Of a stretch of 32,329 nucleotides of DNA, positions 1 through 8,645 are shown in pieces; position 1 is the first letter of the stretch, and every line of letters begins with the position of its first letter. This stretch comes from a virus (lineage: Duplodnaviria; Caudoviricetes): positions 1 to 32,329 of the IMG/VR virus record IMGVR_UViG_3300045457_000235; one strand, 5' to 3'. Position numbers and translations under genes: made by a program. The notes under the pieces are model-generated. The model did no database searches. It saw only the letters and a list, made by a program, of their open reading frames with translations, and was not told the origin of the DNA.

Positions 1-4
1 TCAT

Positions 5-3000
5 TTGTCTTGGTTGTATTTTTTAAACATAAGTGGAACATCTTATGATGGATCTACTTTAGTAGCTGATGCTATAGTTGATACAATTTGGAGAGGTCAA
101 GAGTTTCTTTTAAATGATGCAATTAAATTACTAACAGAATATATTTTTAGAAATTATGAGGATCATCCTAATTGGGAATCCTATAATTTTCTTCCCACTT
201 ATTTTAAACCAAATCTTGATTTAAAAGATGTAACTTATACGAGTGGATTACAACAACTAGATAAACTAAAAACACTTATAGATGTTATTTACTCTCCCCA
301 ATACGCCGACAGAGGAGACACTAAAGTAAAAGAGGCATTTGATGAATTTCTAGAAAACGGAATATTATTAGATGACTTAGAAGTTCAAGGTCCTTTTTAT
401 AAGTTTTTAAAAGCAATATCTTTTGCTTTTTCCGATTACACTAATTCTGCCGAACTCTTAGAATTCCTTAATGATCCTCAGAGGTGCCCAGCCCAATACT
501 TACCTTATTTAGCAGACTTGTTGGGGTGGAGGTTATTAGGCTCGGAACCTCAAAAATGGAGAGTTCAATTAATAAATTGCGTCTCAATATATAAAACTGT
601 AGGAACTAGCAAGGCTCTACAGTCCGTAGTAGACTCAGTTTTCTCTCAAGACTTGTTTGATGCCTCTTCTGAAATTTATGAATTGTGGGAATCATATATA
701 CCACATTTAATTTATTATTCTTTAGCAACTGAATCCCCTTTATTTAAAGATAGGACAACATGGACTGAAGAAGTTGCAAGAGAAAAAGGTGTTACTTATA
801 TCACATCTAGTTTTGATGAAAGTATTAGATGTGCCGTAGACAAAATAATACTCGATGTATTTACACAATTTCCTACTGAATTTTGGGTTAGGGGAGAAAA
901 GTTATCTGTATTAGATCCTAATTGTGTTTTCAATTACAGAGGCAGAGATTATAAAGTCCCCCCTTTTGAAGAATATCCTTTTTATATAAATCAAAAACTG
1001 AACAAAAAAATAGTTAATTATATAATTGATCTTTTAGTTTGCTTTGGAGTCTCAACTAGTTTTGCTGATTCCCTAGGTGAATTTATTAAATCTAATACTA
1101 TTGATTCTGTCGATGATATTTCTAGAGGATATAGTTGGTTATTCTTTACTGAATCCGCTCAGTATCCTCCTAATTGGAACGATATCATTTTAGATATATC
1201 CAACAAAAATTCTGAGTACTTGCCATTATGGAATGGAAAGTCTTCTCACTTTAAAATATTTTTAAACATAGATGACTTTACATTTGTAAGGGATTCTCTT
1301 CTAATTAATTCTGTTGAAGGTTTAAGAATATTAAATGAAATTATAGATGAGTTTAGTCCAGCACATGCAGTAAAGCAATTATACTTTAGATTAAATGATT
1401 CAGACTTTGTTAGATATCAAAATACCTCTCTTCCTTTAATTTTTTATAATCAATCAGAAAACTATGGATTAGATGATTCTGATACTTTAGGATTTACTAA
1501 TTATGAGCTTTCTGGCTCTCTGATAAAGTCCTACAAAAGAGGAGATGTTACAAATTACAATTTAGTAAGCAGGGATTCTGTAGATAGTTTACAAGATATA
1601 TTCTTAAGTGGAACAGCAACTCTGCAACCTAGAAAAAGTTTTAGAAGAAGAAATTTTGAAAACTTATTAAACCTTGAAGGAGTCTATACGAGGACAGGGT
1701 TTAATATGCCCACTACCTTTAAAGGAACAGTGCAGGAAAACTCCCTAGATTCGTCATTAGGTTTCTTACCTTTAGGATTAATACCATCATCTCAACAATA
1801 TGTACTAGTTACTGGAAGTAGCCTAGTTATTCCTACAAGCCCAGAAAGGCTGGGTCGTTCCTATGAAACATGGAGAGATATTCCACGAATTTACAGTATT
1901 TGTGAAGGGTTAAATTCAACATCAGTTTTTTCTGGTCTAGAAGTAAGTAATACCTTCCCTTGCAGAGGTTTGTCTTCCGTTAACTTAGAAGAAGTTAGAG
2001 ATTATACTGTTGATAGGGGCAACCTAAACTCTATAGTAAATGTAATGCACCAAATAGGAACAGCTTCTTGTTTGGTTCAAGCTTCATCAATTATCGATCA
2101 GGATAACTCTTACATAACTAATAATCCTAATTGGTTAAATGTTACTTTGTCTTTGGCAAATAAATTAATAGAACTTAATGGATTCCCAAACTCTTTTGAT
2201 GATTACAAGAATTTTAAATTTGGAAAAGAAATTCATAAATTACATAGAGACTACTGCACTTATTTTGAAAGACATTCATTACCCAAGTTAATTTTAAATA
2301 TAGATGGTCCAAATATTTTTGCACATATATTTGGTTCAATTTATAGAAATTCAAAAATGGAGCAATACGGTAACGCTTATACTTTAAGCTCTAACTGTTT
2401 TGTTTCATCACTAGAAAGCGAATATTTATTTAGACCCTTTGATGACTTCTTCCCTTCCGCAGCAGGAGGTACTTTTAATTCTTTTGTTTTATCAGCACCT
2501 TCTTCCTTCCCTATGACTGTTAGTGATATAGGGAATTCCTCAATACTTTCCGGGGTTGAACTAATTCATGGAATTAGAAATACTAATGACTATTTTGTTT
2601 TGTATGATCTTAAGGGAACAGAAGTAAATTTTCCAACTGATCAACCAAGAAGATATGTAACACAAAACAAGTTGATAAAAATAAAAAATCAAAACACTAC
2701 AACTTTACCTAGAATAAAATTTGATCTAAAGAAGTATTCACATTCTTCCTCTGAAGGTCATCCACTGTCCTCAAATTTCTTAATTCCAGAACATAATTTT
2801 AAATTAAATATAAAAGCTCTGGTAGCTAAAGATGATCTTTCTAGGTTTGGGGGAGGCACCATAGGAGTGTTTATACACACTTCCTATGAAGAGGGGGGCA
2901 CATGGGTATTCAGTCCAGAAAATAAATGGGTATTCGTTAAACAATCTAATATTGATTTTAGATCTGTTAAAAGAATTTATTCTCACAAACTGTCTCTGAC

Positions 3001-3601
3001 AGAAGACCCTTTCACCAGATCACCAAATGTTTCTTTTAGACTTTGCAGAGATAGTGTAATAACTGAACGCAGTTTATATGATTTAGAAGAATCTGATTTT
3101 AAAAATCTATCTCTATCTTTCAATACAAAGAATCAACTTATTTCTGTTCCTGAGTTTTACTACAAAAATTATCAACAAGTTCATAGAAAAGATCAAAATT
3201 ATTTTATAGAAATTTTCTTTTACAATTCTATAGATAAGTTTTTATTAATAGATACCATAAATGTTCATGATGATACTTTAAACAAATGGAGTCAATATTT
3301 AGTCACTGCCTCAGGCAATCAATTTCCTGTAGGAGACTTTAATAAAATTGAATATAGATCCCCCTTAACTAAAGAAAATATCTATTATATTTTTAGATAC
3401 TTTACTGAGATAACAGGATCGAACTCTCAATTTGGGTTAGCTAGCAGAATTTCGTCCATAACTCAAAGTAAATTTGAAACTAACGGAGGAAGTAGATTAA
3501 ATTACAGATTAAATCCTTCTTGGTTACAAAATACAACTGTAAGCAATATATCCCCTGCTTACGACTTTAATTTAATAAACAGTTTGTACATAGAGAATTA
3601 A
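5..3601 (+). CDS. Large baseplate wedge/tail protein with P2 gpI-like domain (probably 5'-truncated by window edge)
   Basis: 1198-aa ORF, with the frame open to the window start. The motif LNDPQRCPAQYLPYLADLLGW...WR...YKTVGT resembles the Tail_P2_I signature (DPxxCPxxxLPxLA...KGT), and a later PAH motif is also typical. It lies at the start of a tightly coupled tail operon. Confidence 0.65.
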   Translation: MSWLYFLNISGTSYDGSTLVADAIVDTIWRGQEFLLNDAIKLLTEYIFRNYEDHPNWESYNFLPTYFKPNLDLKDVTYTSGLQQLDKLKTLIDVIYSPQYADRGDTKVKEAFDEFLENGILLDDLEVQGPFYKFLKAISFAFSDYTNSAELLEFLNDPQRCPAQYLPYLADLLGWRLLGSEPQKWRVQLINCVSIYKTVGTSKALQSVVDSVFSQDLFDASSEIYELWESYIPHLIYYSLATESPLFKDRTTWTEEVAREKGVTYITSSFDESIRCAVDKIILDVFTQFPTEFWVRGEKLSVLDPNCVFNYRGRDYKVPPFEEYPFYINQKLNKKIVNYIIDLLVCFGVSTSFADSLGEFIKSNTIDSVDDISRGYSWLFFTESAQYPPNWNDIILDISNKNSEYLPLWNGKSSHFKIFLNIDDFTFVRDSLLINSVEGLRILNEIIDEFSPAHAVKQLYFRLNDSDFVRYQNTSLPLIFYNQSENYGLDDSDTLGFTNYELSGSLIKSYKRGDVTNYNLVSRDSVDSLQDIFLSGTATLQPRKSFRRRNFENLLNLEGVYTRTGFNMPTTFKGTVQENSLDSSLGFLPLGLIPSSQQYVLVTGSSLVIPTSPERLGRSYETWRDIPRIYSICEGLNSTSVFSGLEVSNTFPCRGLSSVNLEEVRDYTVDRGNLNSIVNVMHQIGTASCLVQASSIIDQDNSYITNNPNWLNVTLSLANKLIELNGFPNSFDDYKNFKFGKEIHKLHRDYCTYFERHSLPKLILNIDGPNIFAHIFGSIYRNSKMEQYGNAYTLSSNCFVSSLESEYLFRPFDDFFPSAAGGTFNSFVLSAPSSFPMTVSDIGNSSILSGVELIHGIRNTNDYFVLYDLKGTEVNFPTDQPRRYVTQNKLIKIKNQNTTTLPRIKFDLKKYSHSSSEGHPLSSNFLIPEHNFKLNIKALVAKDDLSRFGGGTIGVFIHTSYEEGGTWVFSPENKWVFVKQSNIDFRSVKRIYSHKLSLTEDPFTRSPNVSFRLCRDSVITERSLYDLEESDFKNLSLSFNTKNQLISVPEFYYKNYQQVHRKDQNYFIEIFFYNSIDKFLLIDTINVHDDTLNKWSQYLVTASGNQFPVGDFNKIEYRSPLTKENIYYIFRYFTEITGSNSQFGLASRISSITQSKFETNGGSRLNYRLNPSWLQNTTVSNISPAYDFNLINSLYIEN

Positions 3602-3602
3602 A

Positions 3603-4586
3603 ATGATAGTCGATCAAGCAGGAGAAGTGATTGTAGATTTCTTAACTCTATCGCCAAGTTTGGCTGAGATCCCAACAGCATCTGCATTATTAGATACATC
3701 TAACTATACTTTTCAAGCTATTAGTTATGGGAAAGATATAAGCGGATTTAATCAACATGCTCATGGTTACTACGATCCTGAGTTACCCGCAATAGTTGTT
3801 TTAAGTTATCAAGCAACCAGTGTATCCTCTTATCATTCCTCTGCAATAGCTTCCGCTATCCCCGGATATAAGTTAATGCCGGAATATCCACATCCTTTAA
3901 ATACAAGATTAGAGCAGGGATCCTGTCGAACTTTAATATCTGGAATTTCTGGAATCGATAACGGGCAATGTGCCAATCATTTATTTTTATCCGCCTATTC
4001 TGGATCTTACACTACTTTGGGATGTTTTGCTCCCTCTGACGGAGTAGATTATTATGTTGTAGAGTCTTTAAATGATCCTTTAAGTAAAGTTATTTATTCA
4101 GGGACATTAAGTGGGTCGTATAATGAATATGGGACAATGGATGGCTTTGGGTTCTTAACTTTCGCACCCTTAAACGGATCTCAAGGGAATACCCAAGCAG
4201 GGCTAGGGAATTTTACCAGCGGTGCCTTATTAACTTTGTCCAGCAACTTTAGCTCTACTGGTAGAGTTCCTGTAACTTGGAGGCTAGATGCCGGAGATGC
4301 AGGTTCTTTATTACTTTTTGGTGGTGTCTATCATTTAGGGCTATGGTGTCTAGATGTTAAACAAATGTTAAAAGATGGACATAAGCCACCTTTTGCATTT
4401 AATCACCTAAATAACATTAGAAAATATCGTCTTTTTGCTAAAAAGACATTTAACAGAGATCTTTTATATATGAATGATGCATTAGGATTACCGGGATTCA
4501 ATACTTTATTTGGCCTAGGGAATCCTTCTGTAGACTCGGATTGGAATAGATATTGTTTATATCGTTGGACAATAAGGTTTTTATAA
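3603..4586 (+). CDS. Putative baseplate/tail-collar (fibre attachment) protein
   Basis: 327 aa. IVDQAG start, HLGLW, LFAKKTF and terminal YRWTIRF parallel the motifs of the next gene and of tail-collar-type beta-sandwich proteins. Confidence 0.45.
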   Translation: MIVDQAGEVIVDFLTLSPSLAEIPTASALLDTSNYTFQAISYGKDISGFNQHAHGYYDPELPAIVVLSYQATSVSSYHSSAIASAIPGYKLMPEYPHPLNTRLEQGSCRTLISGISGIDNGQCANHLFLSAYSGSYTTLGCFAPSDGVDYYVVESLNDPLSKVIYSGTLSGSYNEYGTMDGFGFLTFAPLNGSQGNTQAGLGNFTSGALLTLSSNFSSTGRVPVTWRLDAGDAGSLLLFGGVYHLGLWCLDVKQMLKDGHKPPFAFNHLNNIRKYRLFAKKTFNRDLLYMNDALGLPGFNTLFGLGNPSVDSDWNRYCLYRWTIRFL

Positions 4587-5192
4587 ATGAATATATTTGA
4601 TTACTTAAACATTAACGGACATGTCACAGTTCATAAACTATTCGATGACGGTAAGGAAGAACTAGTTTATGATGATCATAACGTTATTGTATCTGGAATG
4701 GGGGTAGGACTATCCTGCTTCTTTGGATTATCTGGTTCCGATTCTGTTTTAGATTATCAAATTGATAGGTTCCAACTAGGAGTCTCTGGTAATATTGCTA
4801 ATGAGGTAAGTAGTACCAACAGATTGAGTTCTTCCCTGTCCAGTTTTTCTGAGTATGTAGGGACTAACGGAGAAATAGAAACAGCATCTGCAAATCAATT
4901 TGCCGGATCACTAATAGCACAAACAATTTGGTATGGATTAATCCCAGCCCATAACATAACAAGAATTAATGAAAAGTCAGTTAGGTACACGATTATAGTT
5001 GATAAAGATTCTTGTAATAATCTGACTAGGAATGGACAACCAGTAAACATAAATGAACTTGGCTTATTCATGAAAAACCCGTTAGATATTTATCCTACTA
5101 TTGCTCCAATATTAGTTGCATACAAAGTAATTTCTAACATAAGAAAGACTTCAGACTTTGGTTTAATTTTTAGATGGACTTTAAATTTTTAA
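4587..5192 (+). CDS. Putative baseplate/tail-collar protein
   Basis: 201 aa. HNVIVSG...INELGLF...LVAYK...IRKTSDF.LIFRWTLNF is a pattern typical of myovirus baseplate/tail-collar proteins. It abuts the upstream stop (TAAATG). Confidence 0.55.
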   Translation: MNIFDYLNINGHVTVHKLFDDGKEELVYDDHNVIVSGMGVGLSCFFGLSGSDSVLDYQIDRFQLGVSGNIANEVSSTNRLSSSLSSFSEYVGTNGEIETASANQFAGSLIAQTIWYGLIPAHNITRINEKSVRYTIIVDKDSCNNLTRNGQPVNINELGLFMKNPLDIYPTIAPILVAYKVISNIRKTSDFGLIFRWTLNF

Positions 5193-5200
5193 GGTAAATT

Positions 5201-8200
5201 ATGGTATACTTACAAAACGATTATTATACAGCGAGTGGATCAGTAAAGTTATATCATTCTTGGACTGATAAGGTTACCAAGTTTGACACCAGCTCTTTTT
5301 ATAACTGGGAACAAGATAATTTACCCTTGTATGATCTTGATGAAAGAACTTATTATCTCTGGGAACAATTAGGGCACCCAACTTCAAGCATACCCGGAGT
5401 TGCTCTGGTAGTGTCGGCTGGAGGAGATTCATCAGAGTATGAGTATAACAGAAATAATTTTGAGACTGTTAGTGCAGCCATAGCCGCCCTACCTCAAGTT
5501 TTAAATTATCCAGTGATAATTGAAATATGTAATAAAGGGGAACTAGGATCTTTAGAATTAAAAAATATAAAGTGTGGCCCTAATGGCTCTTTAGAAATAG
5601 TTAATAAAGTTTTTGCAAAAGCTGAACCCGACTTTGGTGGAGTTAATTTAAATCGAGGATTTTCTGGGGCTTCTTATCCTTATAACTTATTAAGCTCTAT
5701 TTCTGGAACTTTAGCAGGTCAATCTTTTGGTGTGTCTTTTTCTCCAAGACAACATTTTGCTTCAACTAAATCTGAATTTTTAAATTTAAAAATATTTGAT
5801 ACAACATCATTAACTTCAATAGATAATTATCTAAATGGTTTTATCTCTGTAAATCAAGACTCTCTTATTACAAGATCCACATATTTTATAAAATCTACGT
5901 CTCCTAACGGAGCAACTAGCGCAGTCCTTAATGTTGTTCCATACGAAACAACTTCTGATGCTATAAATAATCACCAAATTAATTCTTATGATATTAGTGC
6001 ATTTGATGTAGAGACGAACAACAGATTTGTTCCAACTGTGTTTTCAGAGGACTCTACTTTAACTAGATTGGTAGGTTTGTTTTATGGAAACACCTTAACT
6101 AAAGTTATTGTTTCTAATTGTGATGGGCCTATTTATTTAAGAAATTTATTTATTGATGGAAGTGGTTACACAACTTCTAATAAAAATGGTGTTGAGGTTA
6201 CTAACTCAAGAAATATAGTAATAGAAAATTGTGTTAGCGTAAGAAACACCAATGCAGGTTTTTACTTAAACAATTCAAAAGTTATTCTAACAAGAGGTAT
6301 TGGTGCTTACAGGAATTATGGGTTTACAAGTAATACCAGATTAACTGAACCAAATAATGAAACGAGTATTGAAAGAGACGAAAGAGATTTAGCTGCTGGT
6401 CTCTACGCAATTAACTCTGAGATTCAATTTAGCTCTACATCCTCTTTTGAAAGATCTGTATTTAACGCAGATCCAATATTTAGCGCAGTTAGTTCTCAAG
6501 GGTCCATCAGTTATGGTTTAAATTATCCTCTAAATTTTAGCAGAAATGCTAATGGTATAATTCTCAATAACTCTAAGTTATTTGGAGGTATAACAGGATC
6601 TTCTTCTATAACACTAACTTGTGAACTCAATAATATTTGTGGATTAAGATTAGTAAATTCAAACGTTGATTGGGACGGCAGATTAAAACTTAGACAAAAT
6701 AATATTGGACTTCTTTCCAATAACTCAAATCTTACTCTCGATAAATATACTGTAAGAGAAAATACTAGAGTAGGGATGAAGTTAATTAATTCAAATTTAA
6801 CTTACAATAAAAAATTAAATGGGTCTGTTGCATTTACAGAGGAACAATTTAAATTTGATAGAAACGGAAAGCATATTCATTTAGTAAACTCTAATTATAA
6901 ATACAACTCAACAACTGATGTCCCTTCTGTTTTGGGCATACATAGAATTTTAAATAGCAATAAGAGATCCCTCTTAGTAGAAAATTCTTCTGAGCTACAA
7001 CTAGCTCATGGATTTATAAGATCTAGAACAGATATAACAACCACAGAAGTTAAGTATGGTGATCCCATAGCAGTTGAAAATTCTTCTAAAGCTACATTCA
7101 AAGGATCAGGTTTTGTGGCGACAACAATAATAGGAAGTGAGAATGCAAACTATAGGCTTAATTCTTGCTGTGTTTACGCTGGCAAAAATTCAAATGTAAG
7201 TTTCCAAGGTCCTACAGCTATAGCTCGTTACGATATAAATTGCCTAGCAGAAGATAATTCTGTTATTAATTTTGAACCACATAAGAACGATCAAACTGGA
7301 GATTTAGAAGTAACAGAATTTAATTTAGATGATTCAAGTAATCATACGATGGTAGAGTTACATGCTAACAGAGCATGTTTAGTAGTTAATAAACATTCTG
7401 TTTTAAATATGAAAGATTTAGGGGATGTCTTATACTATTGGGGCAGATCCGCTGCTGGAAGTCTAAGAATAGCCAGTGGCCTAGATTATGAAGATAGATT
7501 GGATGAATACAAACAATATGTTTCTGGTGGATACTTCCAATTTTATCCAAACCCAATGGGGACTGTTGGAGGAAATCCTACATCAGTAACTTCACTATCT
7601 TTCTCAATTGCAACCGTAGATGGACTCACAGCACCTTACTACCTATTTAATCGAGATGACGATTTCAATAACTTCAGTTCAATCACTAGGGGTGGTGTAT
7701 GCCTGAGAGCAGTAAATAACAGTTTAGTTGATGTTAAAAATGTAAACTTTCCCACAGGGTTTTGGAACCCTTCGGGAGTATTCTTTAATGCAGCCGCTGC
7801 TGCCGATGTTGGTGATCTTTGCTGCAAATTAATGATTTGGAACATAGCAGATAATTCTAAACTTCATGCTTCCTATTTATCTGTAAGTTCTCATTTCCCC
7901 ACTGAAGTTGGTTATCATGGTCCTTTTGCAACTTGGTTAACCTACCTGAAGGAGAACGGAGGGTTAAGTGGAGGTCTTGTTAGTGGAGCTTTCCCTAACG
8001 ATAAGGACGTATATGCAAGCTCCTATGCTCTTTTAGACTTTGCAGGATCTGGCCCAACATCAATTCCAATTTATGCATCATCTTTTGCTAATCAAGGTCC
8101 TTTTAGATTATTCTTCTCCACTGATCCTTTAGCTAGTATGCTCGGAGTTGCCTCTACAACTATAACAAATAATTTAGGAGGTTATTATTTTAGTGCTGGG

Positions 8201-8644
8201 TGGATACCTCAAATATTTGCTCAGGGATATTGTCCTCCGGGTTACTTATCGGCTACATCGGCAGTGTCATCATTACATAGATCTGTTGTTCGATACAGGG
8301 CTTACACTAATCCTTTTACTGATGAATGGTCTACTTCAGGTATTTTTAGGCCAGCACCGTATAATGAGGTTATGTATAATACTAATAACGCTTCTAACTA
8401 TCTAACAACAATAGGAGCAGGGATGACTCATGATGCATACTCAACTAGAGTGTTCCTTGATGAGTCTGCCTCTAATACTTTTGCAAATGCAAAACATTGT
8501 GCAACGGGTAAATCAGGTGCTCCAAAAATTGTATCTATCTATTATCCATATATAACAGCGTTTGGAGATTCAAATACCATAAACAAGGTGGTAGCAACTG
8601 GGTTAACTAACCTCAACTCTTTTGATCTAACAAGAGATAACTAA
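5201..8644 (+). CDS. Tailspike-like protein with right-handed parallel beta-helix (pectin-lyase-like) repeats
   Basis: 1147 aa, Asn/Ser/Gly-rich. FETVSAAIAALP precedes repeated GxxLxNS/N units (NGVEVTNS, AGFYLNNS, AGLYAINS, NGIILNNS, CGLRLVNS, VGMKLINS). N-terminal DNLPLYDLDERTYYL is a fibre-anchor-like motif. AAGGT RBS upstream. Confidence 0.7.
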   Translation: MVYLQNDYYTASGSVKLYHSWTDKVTKFDTSSFYNWEQDNLPLYDLDERTYYLWEQLGHPTSSIPGVALVVSAGGDSSEYEYNRNNFETVSAAIAALPQVLNYPVIIEICNKGELGSLELKNIKCGPNGSLEIVNKVFAKAEPDFGGVNLNRGFSGASYPYNLLSSISGTLAGQSFGVSFSPRQHFASTKSEFLNLKIFDTTSLTSIDNYLNGFISVNQDSLITRSTYFIKSTSPNGATSAVLNVVPYETTSDAINNHQINSYDISAFDVETNNRFVPTVFSEDSTLTRLVGLFYGNTLTKVIVSNCDGPIYLRNLFIDGSGYTTSNKNGVEVTNSRNIVIENCVSVRNTNAGFYLNNSKVILTRGIGAYRNYGFTSNTRLTEPNNETSIERDERDLAAGLYAINSEIQFSSTSSFERSVFNADPIFSAVSSQGSISYGLNYPLNFSRNANGIILNNSKLFGGITGSSSITLTCELNNICGLRLVNSNVDWDGRLKLRQNNIGLLSNNSNLTLDKYTVRENTRVGMKLINSNLTYNKKLNGSVAFTEEQFKFDRNGKHIHLVNSNYKYNSTTDVPSVLGIHRILNSNKRSLLVENSSELQLAHGFIRSRTDITTTEVKYGDPIAVENSSKATFKGSGFVATTIIGSENANYRLNSCCVYAGKNSNVSFQGPTAIARYDINCLAEDNSVINFEPHKNDQTGDLEVTEFNLDDSSNHTMVELHANRACLVVNKHSVLNMKDLGDVLYYWGRSAAGSLRIASGLDYEDRLDEYKQYVSGGYFQFYPNPMGTVGGNPTSVTSLSFSIATVDGLTAPYYLFNRDDDFNNFSSITRGGVCLRAVNNSLVDVKNVNFPTGFWNPSGVFFNAAAAADVGDLCCKLMIWNIADNSKLHASYLSVSSHFPTEVGYHGPFATWLTYLKENGGLSGGLVSGAFPNDKDVYASSYALLDFAGSGPTSIPIYASSFANQGPFRLFFSTDPLASMLGVASTTITNNLGGYYFSAGWIPQIFAQGYCPPGYLSATSAVSSLHRSVVRYRAYTNPFTDEWSTSGIFRPAPYNEVMYNTNNASNYLTTIGAGMTHDAYSTRVFLDESASNTFANAKHCATGKSGAPKIVSIYYPYITAFGDSNTINKVVATGLTNLNSFDLTRDN

Positions 8645-8645
8645 C

